Shown here piece by piece: positions 1 to 7,997 of a stretch of DNA of 64,000 bases. This DNA is from an uncultured bacterium. Its GTDB lineage: Bacteria; Hydrothermota; UBA3073; NMUJ01; CBEVQO01. Numbering within the stretch: the first letter of the stretch is position 1; each line of letters starts with the position of its first letter. The stretch spans positions 1 through 64,000 of the forward strand of contig CBEVQO010000004.1 of the NCBI GenBank assembly GCA_965552055.1, given 5' to 3'. Below the pieces are notes generated by a model. It saw only the letters and a list, made by a program, of their open reading frames with translations, did not search any database and had not been told where the DNA came from. The position numbers and the translations under genes are program-made.

Positions 1-22
1 GTAAGTAAGTAAGTAAGTAAGT
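1..22. repeat. (TAAG)n tetranucleotide run at the window edge, possibly an artificial contig linker
   Basis: GTAAGTAAGTAAGTAAGTAAGT; puts TAA stops in all three + frames. Confidence 0.7.
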
Positions 23-125
23 TATTGCCCCTCTTTATATTTTTCCCTATATTATAGAGGATAAAGAAGCTATTCATCCCAATAATATATAATCGTGAGA
101 AATGATTTGTCAAGTGTTTTTGATA

Positions 126-1385
126 TTAAAAAATGATAGATTCTATCAGCAATTCTGAATATGTTGGGTGTGGGAAAATTAAGTTTTTGATATCTTTTAT
201 TTTTGCCCTGTATCTTATCAGGATTTCTATTTGTGATATTAATTCTGATGCAAATTTGCCACAGATCGCACCACCTTTTAAAGCATCATCTTTATCAAAT
301 ACAAGTTTTATAAATCCTATTCTTTCGCCATCGCAAAGTGCTCTGCCGAGTTTTGCATAATCAAATTTTATTATCTTTTCACCTGATAAATCGCCAATTG
401 CCGCACATTCGGGCTGAGTAAACACAACCGAAGGAATTAAATTAACGGGCTTCCTTTTTTCTCCAAAAATGTTATCTGCACATATTATAGCTTCGTGAAG
501 TGCTTTGTGTGCAAGCATCTTACCACCTGTGACATCACCGATTGCATAAATATGAGGAACATTTGTTTCAAAATATTCGTTTACAATTATTTTTTTGTCG
601 GCTTCAACACCTGCTTCTTTTAAATTTAAATCCTCAAAATCGGGTACCCTTCCAAGTGATAACAAAACTTTACCATTGGTTTTGACAATTTCATCATTAA
701 AATGCAATTCTATTTTTTCATTTTTTGTGATTTTCAATAGTTTTTTGCCTTTATAAATTTCAATTCCTTTCTTTTTTAGTTCTTTTTCCATGAATTCGCT
801 TATATCTTTGTCTGCCATTTCTGGCAATATTCTATCCATCATTTCATAAATTTTTATTTTTACACCGAGCTGGTGATAAATATGTGCAAATTCAAGTCCT
901 ATCGCTCCACCACCAACGATTATTAATTCTTCTGGTATTTCTTTGAGATTTAAAATATGGTCGGATGTGAGAATGTCTTTACCATCTGGCTTTGCATCTT
1001 TTAAAATCCTTGGCTTTGAGCCACTTGCTATTACAATTTTATCTGCTTCAAAAACTCTATCAGAATTTTCATCTTTAACAACTACTTTTTTGTCTGTTAG
1101 AAATTCCGCTTCTCCCTGAATTATTTTTATTCCCAGATTTTCGAGTTTATTTTTTAGACCTTTTCGCAAAATTTTTACTACTTTTTCTTTTTCATTGAGA
1201 AGTTTTTCAATATCTTTAAATTTTTTCACATTTGCTATTAAATTTTTTGTTGGTATGCATCCGCGGTTGAGGCATGTGCCCCCTATTTCTGCTTTTTCTA
1301 TGAGAATTACCTCTGCTCCTCTTTTTCTGCACTGGATTGCACAGTTATACCCTGCTATGCCTGCACCTATTATCAATACTCTCAT
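126..1385 (-). CDS. lpdA: Dihydrolipoyl dehydrogenase (FAD-dependent pyridine nucleotide-disulfide oxidoreductase)
   Basis: GxGxxG at N-terminus, GGTCLNRGCIP redox disulfide, second GGGAIG, C-terminal HPTYSE. Confidence 0.88.
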   Translation of the reverse strand: MRVLIIGAGIAGYNCAIQCRKRGAEVILIEKAEIGGTCLNRGCIPTKNLIANVKKFKDIEKLLNEKEKVVKILRKGLKNKLENLGIKIIQGEAEFLTDKKVVVKDENSDRVFEADKIVIASGSKPRILKDAKPDGKDILTSDHILNLKEIPEELIIVGGGAIGLEFAHIYHQLGVKIKIYEMMDRILPEMADKDISEFMEKELKKKGIEIYKGKKLLKITKNEKIELHFNDEIVKTNGKVLLSLGRVPDFEDLNLKEAGVEADKKIIVNEYFETNVPHIYAIGDVTGGKMLAHKALHEAIICADNIFGEKRKPVNLIPSVVFTQPECAAIGDLSGEKIIKFDYAKLGRALCDGERIGFIKLVFDKDDALKGGAICGKFASELISQIEILIRYRAKIKDIKNLIFPHPTYSELLIESIIF

Positions 1386-1786
1386 TTTATTTGAGAAAAT
1401 AAGATAGTGAAAGTTTGCTTCAAATATTCTTTATCCACAATTATATCTTTCTTTTTGGGGTCTAATTTTATGTTATACTTTTCCATGAAATCGCATCCTA
1501 TAAATACATCTACTTCTACCGGCAAATCCTCTTTTTCTATTACAAAAGCATGAAATGGACACCATATATCAAGCAAATTTACTGCAAAAAATATAACTTT
1601 ATCTGTTTCAACTGTATTTCCATCTATTCCTTTAAATTTATATTTTCGAGGTAGTGTGACGATATTTCCTATTTCTTCGGCAATATTGGATTTTATAAAG
1701 GTTGAAGATGCACCGGTATCAAAAAATAACTTTGCTTTCCTTTCTTTTGCTGATAAAATTTTTAATTGTTTTATAATGATGCCCAT
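1382..1786 (-). CDS. Retropepsin-like (clan AA) aspartyl protease
   Basis: FDTGAS catalytic motif and C-terminal IGCDFM; 134 aa. Confidence 0.8.
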   Translation of the reverse strand: MGIIIKQLKILSAKERKAKLFFDTGASSTFIKSNIAEEIGNIVTLPRKYKFKGIDGNTVETDKVIFFAVNLLDIWCPFHAFVIEKEDLPVEVDVFIGCDFMEKYNIKLDPKKKDIIVDKEYLKQTFTILFSQIK

Positions 1787-2850
1787 TATTTATATTCTTT
1801 GGGTTTTTCTTCGCCGCGAAGTATCCTGAGTGTTGCCTGAGCTAGTGCCAGCATCTCGTGTTCACCCGGGTAAACCAGCACCTGTGCAATCCACGATACT
1901 CTTTCTTTTATCCAGTTAACAAGTAGTTCTGCATTTGCTCCTCCTCCTGTCAGAATGATGGCATCTACTTTGCCTTTCAGAACTGTTGACATTGCACCTA
2001 TCTCTTTTGCTATCTGATAAGCCATTGCTTCAAGATAAAATCGTGCTTTTTCATCACCCTGTTCTATTCTTTTCAAAACTTCTTTTATGCTGTTTGTTCC
2101 AAGATATGCAACAAGTCCTCCTTCGCCCATTATTTTTCTCAACATTTGTTCGCGTGTATATTTGCCAGAGTAACATAGTTCTACAAGTGAATATGAGGGT
2201 AAGCCTCCTGTTCTTTCTGGTGAAAATGGTCCTTCTTCTTTTGCATTATTGGCATCAATTATTCTGCCGCCTTTAAGCGGGCATACGGATATTCCTCCGC
2301 CTATATGTGCTACAACGAGATTTAATTCACTTAAAGGTTTTTTGAGTTCTTTTGCTGCTCTCCTTGCCATTGCTTTAATATTCAGAGTATGTTGAAGTGC
2401 TTCTCTTTCTATTTCTGGTAAACCCGATACTCTTGCAAGTGGTTCAAATTCATCAACAGAGACAGGGTCTGCAATGTATGCTTTGACTCCATATTCTTCT
2501 GCTATTTCTTTTGCGAGTATGCATCCAAGATTTGATGCATGTTTTGCACGCACCCTGCCTGCTTTTACATCTTCAATCATTTTATCATTCACTTCATAAG
2601 TGCCACTTTCAAGTGGTTTAAAGACACCGCCCCTACCTGCAACTGCTGATAAATCTCCTTTTTTAATCCCCCATTCCTTTAATTTTTCCATTATCTTTTC
2701 TTTGCGATAAGGAAGCTGGTCTATTAGCTCTTTAAATTTCCGCAACTCATTTACATCGTGCTCTATCTTTTCTCTTTTTATCTCTTTTTCGTCTTCAAAA
2801 ATAGAAATCAGGGTTGAAGTTGACCCCGGATTTATAACGAGAATTTTCAT
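1786..2850 (-). CDS. buk: Butyrate kinase
   Basis: ILVINPGSTST, GRGG, HASNLG, VAHIGGGISV, GPFSPERTG motifs. Confidence 0.93.
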   Translation of the reverse strand: MKILVINPGSTSTLISIFEDEKEIKREKIEHDVNELRKFKELIDQLPYRKEKIMEKLKEWGIKKGDLSAVAGRGGVFKPLESGTYEVNDKMIEDVKAGRVRAKHASNLGCILAKEIAEEYGVKAYIADPVSVDEFEPLARVSGLPEIEREALQHTLNIKAMARRAAKELKKPLSELNLVVAHIGGGISVCPLKGGRIIDANNAKEEGPFSPERTGGLPSYSLVELCYSGKYTREQMLRKIMGEGGLVAYLGTNSIKEVLKRIEQGDEKARFYLEAMAYQIAKEIGAMSTVLKGKVDAIILTGGGANAELLVNWIKERVSWIAQVLVYPGEHEMLALAQATLRILRGEEKPKEYK

Positions 2851-2863
2851 AATCCCCCTTAAA

Positions 2864-2890
2864 GTTATAATCGCAATATAACAAAGTCAA
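2864..2890 (-). promoter_or_regulatory. Putative housekeeping promoter of the buk operon (TTGACT-N15-TATAAC)
   Basis: Reverse complement reads TTGACT TTGTTATATTGCGAT TATAAC, followed by AGGGGG SD. Confidence 0.6.
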
Positions 2891-2897
2891 GATAAAC

Positions 2898-2925
2898 TTG
2901 ACAAATAAGGATATTTTTTTATAAT
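2898..2925 (+). promoter_or_regulatory. Putative promoter TTGACA-N16-TATAAT
   Basis: TTGACA 2898-2903, TATAAT 2920-2925. Confidence 0.65.
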
Positions 2926-2954
2926 AAATGATGAAGTGCTCGAGGTGGTAAGAT

Positions 2955-4160
2955 ATGTTCGTATTCTTGATTACATTCTATGCCGATATTTATTCTTTTA
3001 AATACGGAGATAAAGTTCATTGCGATATTTATATATCTATTCCTTATTATGAGTTAAGGTATAAAGAGTTTAAAACTATTTATCAATCGGAATTTCAGGA
3101 GGATATAAAAATTTATGATAAAAATGGCAAATTAATCACGCAGGGAGAATGGAAAAGGATGTGTTACATTCCCTCTTACAGTGTAGCAGAGGAAAGGGCA
3201 ATGCATACCCTTGATAGATTTGAGATAGAACTTGCGCCAGGAGAATACAAATTTGAAATCAGTATAAAGAACAGGGGCAGAGAGATTAAAAGAATTGTAA
3301 AGAAAGAGTTACACAGATATGAAGGTTTTACCGTTTCGGATATAATTCTTGCGACGCTTATAAGAGCGGGTCAGCAGGGTAAATTTGTGAAAAATGGTTT
3401 GGAAATACTTGCGAATCCTTCAAATATCTTTTTAAAGAATTCAAAATATCTTTATTATTACTTTGAAATTTATGGTCTAAGGAAAGATGCTCCTTATCAG
3501 GTAATTGTTGATATTTTAAAAGGTGATAGCGTTTTACTATCTTATCCCAAGATGAGTAATTATGCGGAAGATGTTGATATTCTTTATGCTGGTGCTGTTG
3601 AAATAACAGATTTGCCTGTGGGAGAATATCTTTTGCGTGTGAAAGTGAGACAGGATAAAGATTCTGTTTGTGCTGAAAAGTGTTTCATAAAAGGAGAGCC
3701 GAAGATGGAGATTACTGCAAAAATAAGGAAATACTGGGATTTTATTGATTATATTGCCGATGAGAAAGAATTAAAGCAATATAAGAGGTTGGGCAAAGAA
3801 AATAAGGATGAATTTTTGCTGAAGTTCTGGCTTAAAAGGGGCAGGGTTGCTCTTTTTGAGCACTGTGAGCGTGTAGAATACGCTGACAAGCATTTTGCTT
3901 ATGGTAAAAAGCTGGGGCGTTATACGGATATGGGAAGGATTTACATAAAGTATGGGAGACCTGATGAAGAATTTGTTATACCTGCGACTTCTGATTATCC
4001 TGAATGCGTAAAATGGGTGTATATTGGTAAAGGTTATGAATTTATTTTCATTGACAAAAAAGGCACGGGCTTTTATGAGCTGGCTTATTCCAATGTAGAA
4101 GAAGATAAGCCTTTTTATGATTATTCAAGGTTTATAAATCCTTTAATTTGGGGGAGGTAA
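2955..4160 (+). CDS. GWxTD domain-containing protein
   Basis: FLLKFW...RVEYADKHF...GRYTDMGRIYIKYGRPD signature; GAGGT SD. Confidence 0.8.
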   Translation: MFVFLITFYADIYSFKYGDKVHCDIYISIPYYELRYKEFKTIYQSEFQEDIKIYDKNGKLITQGEWKRMCYIPSYSVAEERAMHTLDRFEIELAPGEYKFEISIKNRGREIKRIVKKELHRYEGFTVSDIILATLIRAGQQGKFVKNGLEILANPSNIFLKNSKYLYYYFEIYGLRKDAPYQVIVDILKGDSVLLSYPKMSNYAEDVDILYAGAVEITDLPVGEYLLRVKVRQDKDSVCAEKCFIKGEPKMEITAKIRKYWDFIDYIADEKELKQYKRLGKENKDEFLLKFWLKRGRVALFEHCERVEYADKHFAYGKKLGRYTDMGRIYIKYGRPDEEFVIPATSDYPECVKWVYIGKGYEFIFIDKKGTGFYELAYSNVEEDKPFYDYSRFINPLIWGR

Positions 4161-4162
4161 AG

Positions 4163-4459
4163 ATGCAGATACAGTTAAGTGCAAAAAATTTTGAACTGGC
4201 TGAAACTCTGAAGACACAGATGGAAAAGAAATTGAAACGACTGGAAAGATTGAAGGATTGGATACATTACATAAAAGTGACTTTACACAAAAGCCCACAT
4301 GTTTCAGAAGTTGAATTTGAGGTCAAACCGCATAAAGGAGATACCATGATAGTGAGAGAGGAAGCAAAAACATTGCAGAAAGCATTTGATAGCGCTCTAA
4401 AAATAGTAAAGAGGAGGATAAAAGAATATAAGAAACAAAAAGTTGATAAAAAATCTTGA
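4163..4459 (+). CDS. hpf: Ribosome hibernation promoting factor (HPF/RaiA family)
   Basis: MQIQLSAKNFEL start, AFDSALKIVKRRIKEYK end; GGAGG SD before ATG 4163. Confidence 0.8.
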   Translation: MQIQLSAKNFELAETLKTQMEKKLKRLERLKDWIHYIKVTLHKSPHVSEVEFEVKPHKGDTMIVREEAKTLQKAFDSALKIVKRRIKEYKKQKVDKKS

Positions 4460-4482
4460 CAAATCCAGAATGAAGTTATAAT
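4456..4482 (+). promoter_or_regulatory. Putative promoter TTGACA-N15-TATAAT, 8 nt upstream of the nadE ATG
   Basis: TTGACA 4456-4461, TATAAT 4477-4482. Confidence 0.7.
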
Positions 4483-4490
4483 TAAACAGA

Positions 4491-5981
4491 ATGCACTGGG
4501 ATAAAATTTGTGATTTCTTAAAAGAGAAGGTAAAAGAATTAAATAGAGATGGTGTAATATTATCTTTAAATTTTGACCTTAATTCTGTTACGCTTTTGCA
4601 TCTGTGCTGTAAGGCGTTTCCACCCGAAAATGTTTATGCTGTGCTTTTTGATGTTGATAAAAGAGAAAAAGCAGAAAAGTTAAAGGAAAAATTCAATTTT
4701 AATTTAATAGAAAGGGATTTAACGCCTGTGATGAAGAAAATAGAGGAAGAAGCGATTGGAGATAAAGGTTTGAGAGAGAGATTGAAATTAATATCTCTTT
4801 ATTATTATGGTGAATGGAAAAACTGCCTTGTTTTATCTGATATTGACAAGACAGAGTGGGAACTTGGAGAATTTGTTAAATTTGGTGAGAATGGAGGAGA
4901 TGTAGCTCCTTTCAAGGACATTTATAAGTCGGAAGTTCTGGAAATAGGAAAAGAACTTGGAATACCTGAAGAATATTTAAAAAATGAATTAGGAAAAGAG
5001 GAAAAAGTTTTAAAAGGGGAAAAAGAAGGTTTGTCTGATGATTTTATTAAAGAAGTGGAAAAGAGGGTAAAGGAAGGCGAATTTAAGCGTAGTTTCGTTG
5101 AGTGTTTACCTGCAAAAGAGTCCCTTGATATAAATTGTGATGAAGAAGCCGAAAAAATAATAAAATTCTTGCGTGATGTTGCCAGTAAATACGGAAAAGA
5201 AGGAGCGGTTGTTGGGGTATCTGGTGGGATAGATTCTGCATGTGTAGCATCTTTATGTGTGCGTGCATTTGGTAAAAATAAAGTTTTCGCCCTTATAATG
5301 CCGGAAAAGGATTCAAATCCTGAGAGTGTAAAAGATGCGTATTTAATGTGCGATTTGCTTGATTTAGACCGCAAATTTATTGATTTAACACCGATTCTGG
5401 AAGAGTTTGGCATTTATGATCTTATTTTCAGGAAATTATTCCCGGGTAGATTTTTGACCTCACTTTTTGTGAAGATTGGATATAGGTTTTTTGGCAGGGA
5501 GCAAAGTCCCTATGTTGAAGGCTTGCTTGGTGCTCGCAAAGAATGGATAAGGCGTGTTGATGCTTATCACAGGATAAAACACAGGATAAGGATGTGTCTA
5601 CTTTATTATTACGCTGAGAAGAAGAATTATCTTGTTGCGGGTACAGCAAACAGGAGTGAAGCTTTAAGTGGCTTTTTTGTGAAGTATGGTGACGGTGTTT
5701 CAGATGTGATGCCAATTTTACATCTTTATAAAACCCATGTGAGGAAATTATCAAAACATATTGGTGTCCCGGAGAAGATAATAAAGAAAGCACCTTCCCC
5801 TGATTTGTTACCGGGGATAACGGATGAATTGGCTCTTAAGATGACATATGAGACACTCGATAAAATACTTGTGGGAGAAGTTGAAAAAATAGATAAAAAA
5901 ATGGTCGAATATGTAAATAAATTGAAGAAATTATCTGAACATATGAGAGAACCTCCTTTTGTGCTATGCGTAAAGGAATAA
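4491..5981 (+). CDS. nadE: NH3-dependent NAD+ synthetase with tandem duplicated domain (degenerate N-terminal copy)
   Basis: C-half has GVSGGIDS, GTANRSE, FVKYGDG, KAPSPDL; N-half has a degenerate parallel set of motifs. Confidence 0.85.
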   Translation: MHWDKICDFLKEKVKELNRDGVILSLNFDLNSVTLLHLCCKAFPPENVYAVLFDVDKREKAEKLKEKFNFNLIERDLTPVMKKIEEEAIGDKGLRERLKLISLYYYGEWKNCLVLSDIDKTEWELGEFVKFGENGGDVAPFKDIYKSEVLEIGKELGIPEEYLKNELGKEEKVLKGEKEGLSDDFIKEVEKRVKEGEFKRSFVECLPAKESLDINCDEEAEKIIKFLRDVASKYGKEGAVVGVSGGIDSACVASLCVRAFGKNKVFALIMPEKDSNPESVKDAYLMCDLLDLDRKFIDLTPILEEFGIYDLIFRKLFPGRFLTSLFVKIGYRFFGREQSPYVEGLLGARKEWIRRVDAYHRIKHRIRMCLLYYYAEKKNYLVAGTANRSEALSGFFVKYGDGVSDVMPILHLYKTHVRKLSKHIGVPEKIIKKAPSPDLLPGITDELALKMTYETLDKILVGEVEKIDKKMVEYVNKLKKLSEHMREPPFVLCVKE

Positions 5982-6676
5982 CAATAATAATAGCTCATGA
6001 TGACCCCAAAAATATAAAGCAGATAAGACTATCTTATAGGACATTGAAAATTTTAAAAGTTTTTGCTCTGTTATTCGCTGGCTTTATTGTTTTTCTGATA
6101 TCAATTTATGGGAAAGTTTATGTTAGAGCAGCAAAGCTTGCACTAATTCAAAAGCGCAATGCATATCTTGAGGCGAGGTATAGACAGGTTAAGAAACTTG
6201 AAGAAGAGATATCTCTTTTAAAAGAGAAAAACAGGAGACTTGCGAATTTACTTGGTGTGGATGTTGTTAAAGGCATTGTTCTTAATAAAAGAGATACATC
6301 CGATTATCCGGATATTTCTTATATTCCTGCACTTTATCCCTGCGAAGAATTCGTAGCCTCAGCGCTTACTCGAGATAATGAGATAAAAATAAAGGCATTA
6401 CCGAATGTTTCCGTGATATCACCTGTGTCCGGTGAAGTCGTTGATGTATCTTATAATGGTAAAGAAGGTGTTGTGAAAGTTGAAAATAAAAAGGGAGTAA
6501 AAGTTATATTAAAGGGCAAATTTGAGCCTGTAGTGAATGTTGGTAGCACGATACATCAAAAAGAGACAATAGGAATAACGAGGGGCTCCGATGGTATCTG
6601 TGAGCTGTCCTATGAAGTTTATTTGAATGACCATAAAGTCAATCCTGAGCGCTTCATAATAATGGGTGGAAAATAA
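5966..6676 (+). CDS. Membrane-anchored coiled-coil M23/LytM-like protein lacking Zn ligands
   Basis: TM helix, coiled coil, VISPVSGEVV...VNVG...IG...LSYEVYLNDHKVNP; adjacent to bactofilin. Confidence 0.6.
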   Translation: MRKGITIIIAHDDPKNIKQIRLSYRTLKILKVFALLFAGFIVFLISIYGKVYVRAAKLALIQKRNAYLEARYRQVKKLEEEISLLKEKNRRLANLLGVDVVKGIVLNKRDTSDYPDISYIPALYPCEEFVASALTRDNEIKIKALPNVSVISPVSGEVVDVSYNGKEGVVKVENKKGVKVILKGKFEPVVNVGSTIHQKETIGITRGSDGICELSYEVYLNDHKVNPERFIIMGGK

Positions 6677-7017
6677 TGCCGAATAACAAAAAAATTTCCG
6701 AGATAACATCAATACTTGCAAAAGGCACGCAATTCAATGGAGATTTTAAGGTAAAAGGCAGTATAAGGGTAGATGGAACAGTGGAAGGCAATATTGAGGT
6801 AAGTGATGCCATAATAATTGGCAATGAGGGTGTTGTGAAAGGCAATATAAAGGCAAAGCAGGCAATTATCGGTGGCAAAGTGGAAGGCAATATAATTTCT
6901 GACGAAAAACTTGAATTACAAAAGGGAGCAGAAGTTACAGGTGATATTGCGTGTAAGATACTTGTGATTCAGGAAGGTGTAATATTCAACGGCAAATGTG
7001 AAATGAAAAAATCTTAA
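6676..7017 (+). CDS. Bactofilin (polymer-forming cytoskeletal protein)
   Basis: SILAKGTQFNG...IRVDGTVEGNI...VTGDI...GVIFNGKC beta-helix repeats. Confidence 0.9.
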   Translation: MPNNKKISEITSILAKGTQFNGDFKVKGSIRVDGTVEGNIEVSDAIIIGNEGVVKGNIKAKQAIIGGKVEGNIISDEKLELQKGAEVTGDIACKILVIQEGVIFNGKCEMKKS

Positions 7018-7025
7018 TTTCCCCC

Positions 7026-7052
7026 TTAAGTTAAAATCAAATCTGTCGAAAT
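7026..7052 (+). promoter_or_regulatory. Putative sigma28 (FliA) promoter of flagellin
   Basis: TTAAGTTA-N11-GTCGAAAT versus consensus TAAAGTTT-N11-GCCGATAA. Confidence 0.6.
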
Positions 7053-7112
7053 TACTAATTGGAATGAGGTGCAAGGTTAAAAATAATGTAGAAAATAAAA
7101 AGGAGGGGTGCG

Positions 7113-7940
7113 ATGAGTATGCGCATAGTCCATAACTATATGGCCCTTGTGGCCCATAGGCACCTCCAGGAGACGCAACATAAGTTCGAGACGGCACTGG
7201 AAAGGTTGACGACAGGACTCCGAATAAACAAGGCATCGGATGACGCAGCAGGACTGGCGATATCCGAAAAAATGAGAGCTGCTATTGTGAGTTATGAACA
7301 AGCGATAAGAAACGCTCAGGATGGAATCTCACTTTTACAAACTGCTGAAGGAGCTCTTGCTGTAATCGATGAGAAATTGATAAGGCTAAGGCAGCTCGCA
7401 ATGCAGGCAGCGAACGAAACTTATGGCGATACTGAAAGAGGATACATCGATACTGAGTTCCAGGTGATACTTTCTGAGATCACCCGTATAGCATGCGTAA
7501 CAGAATTCGCAGGAAGAAAGCTGCTTGACGGTACTTTGACTGCATTCCACCTGCAGGTTGGAATATACTGGGATTCTGTTCTCGATCAGATCTGGATAAG
7601 TCTCGGTGCAGCTACAGCTCAGGCTCTTGGTTTAACAAATGCATCGGTAAATACTGTGGAAGCTGCGAAGAATGCACTGAGCATTGTTGATCAGGCGATT
7701 GTAAGCAAGAACAACCTGAGGGCATACATTGGTGCTACGATGAACAGATTGCAGAATGCCATTGAAAATCTGAAATACAGTTACGAGAATGCAGTTGCTG
7801 CTGAATCAAGAATAAGGGATGCAGATATTGCGATGGAGATGACGAACTTTGTAATTGCACGCTTCCTTATGCAATCAGGTGTTGCAATGCTTGCACAGGC
7901 GAATATGTATCCGGAGATACTGTTGAGATTGATAGTATAG
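7113..7940 (+). CDS. fliC: Flagellin (short, essentially D0/D1 only)
   Basis: ERLTTGLRINKASDDAAGLAISEKM, NAQDGISLLQTAEGAL, ESRIRDADIA, MLAQAN; AGGAGG SD. Confidence 0.95.
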   Translation: MSMRIVHNYMALVAHRHLQETQHKFETALERLTTGLRINKASDDAAGLAISEKMRAAIVSYEQAIRNAQDGISLLQTAEGALAVIDEKLIRLRQLAMQAANETYGDTERGYIDTEFQVILSEITRIACVTEFAGRKLLDGTLTAFHLQVGIYWDSVLDQIWISLGAATAQALGLTNASVNTVEAAKNALSIVDQAIVSKNNLRAYIGATMNRLQNAIENLKYSYENAVAAESRIRDADIAMEMTNFVIARFLMQSGVAMLAQANMYPEILLRLIV

Positions 7941-7997
7941 TGATGTAACCCTGTAGGGAGGGGGCTTTGTCACGCTACTTGCTAAAAAGGGAATGGG

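Noticed and set aside
1..22. (TAAG)n run as a biological microsatellite
   Set aside because: At the window edge and encodes stops in all frames; more likely an artificial contig spacer and cannot be verified
2885..2903. GTCAAG...CTTGAC inverted repeats in divergent intergenic regions as transcription-factor operators
   Set aside because: Arm spacing varies between loci; better explained as back-to-back -35 boxes of divergent promoters
4922..5413. Long antisense ORFs (also 16784-17386, 26056-26526, 38231-38686, 61481-61903 and many shorter ones)
   Set aside because: Shadows of well-supported genes on the opposite strand, with S/F/I-rich composition and no motifs
7941..7997. Terminator between fliC and fliD
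   Set aside because: No convincing stem followed by a U-tract
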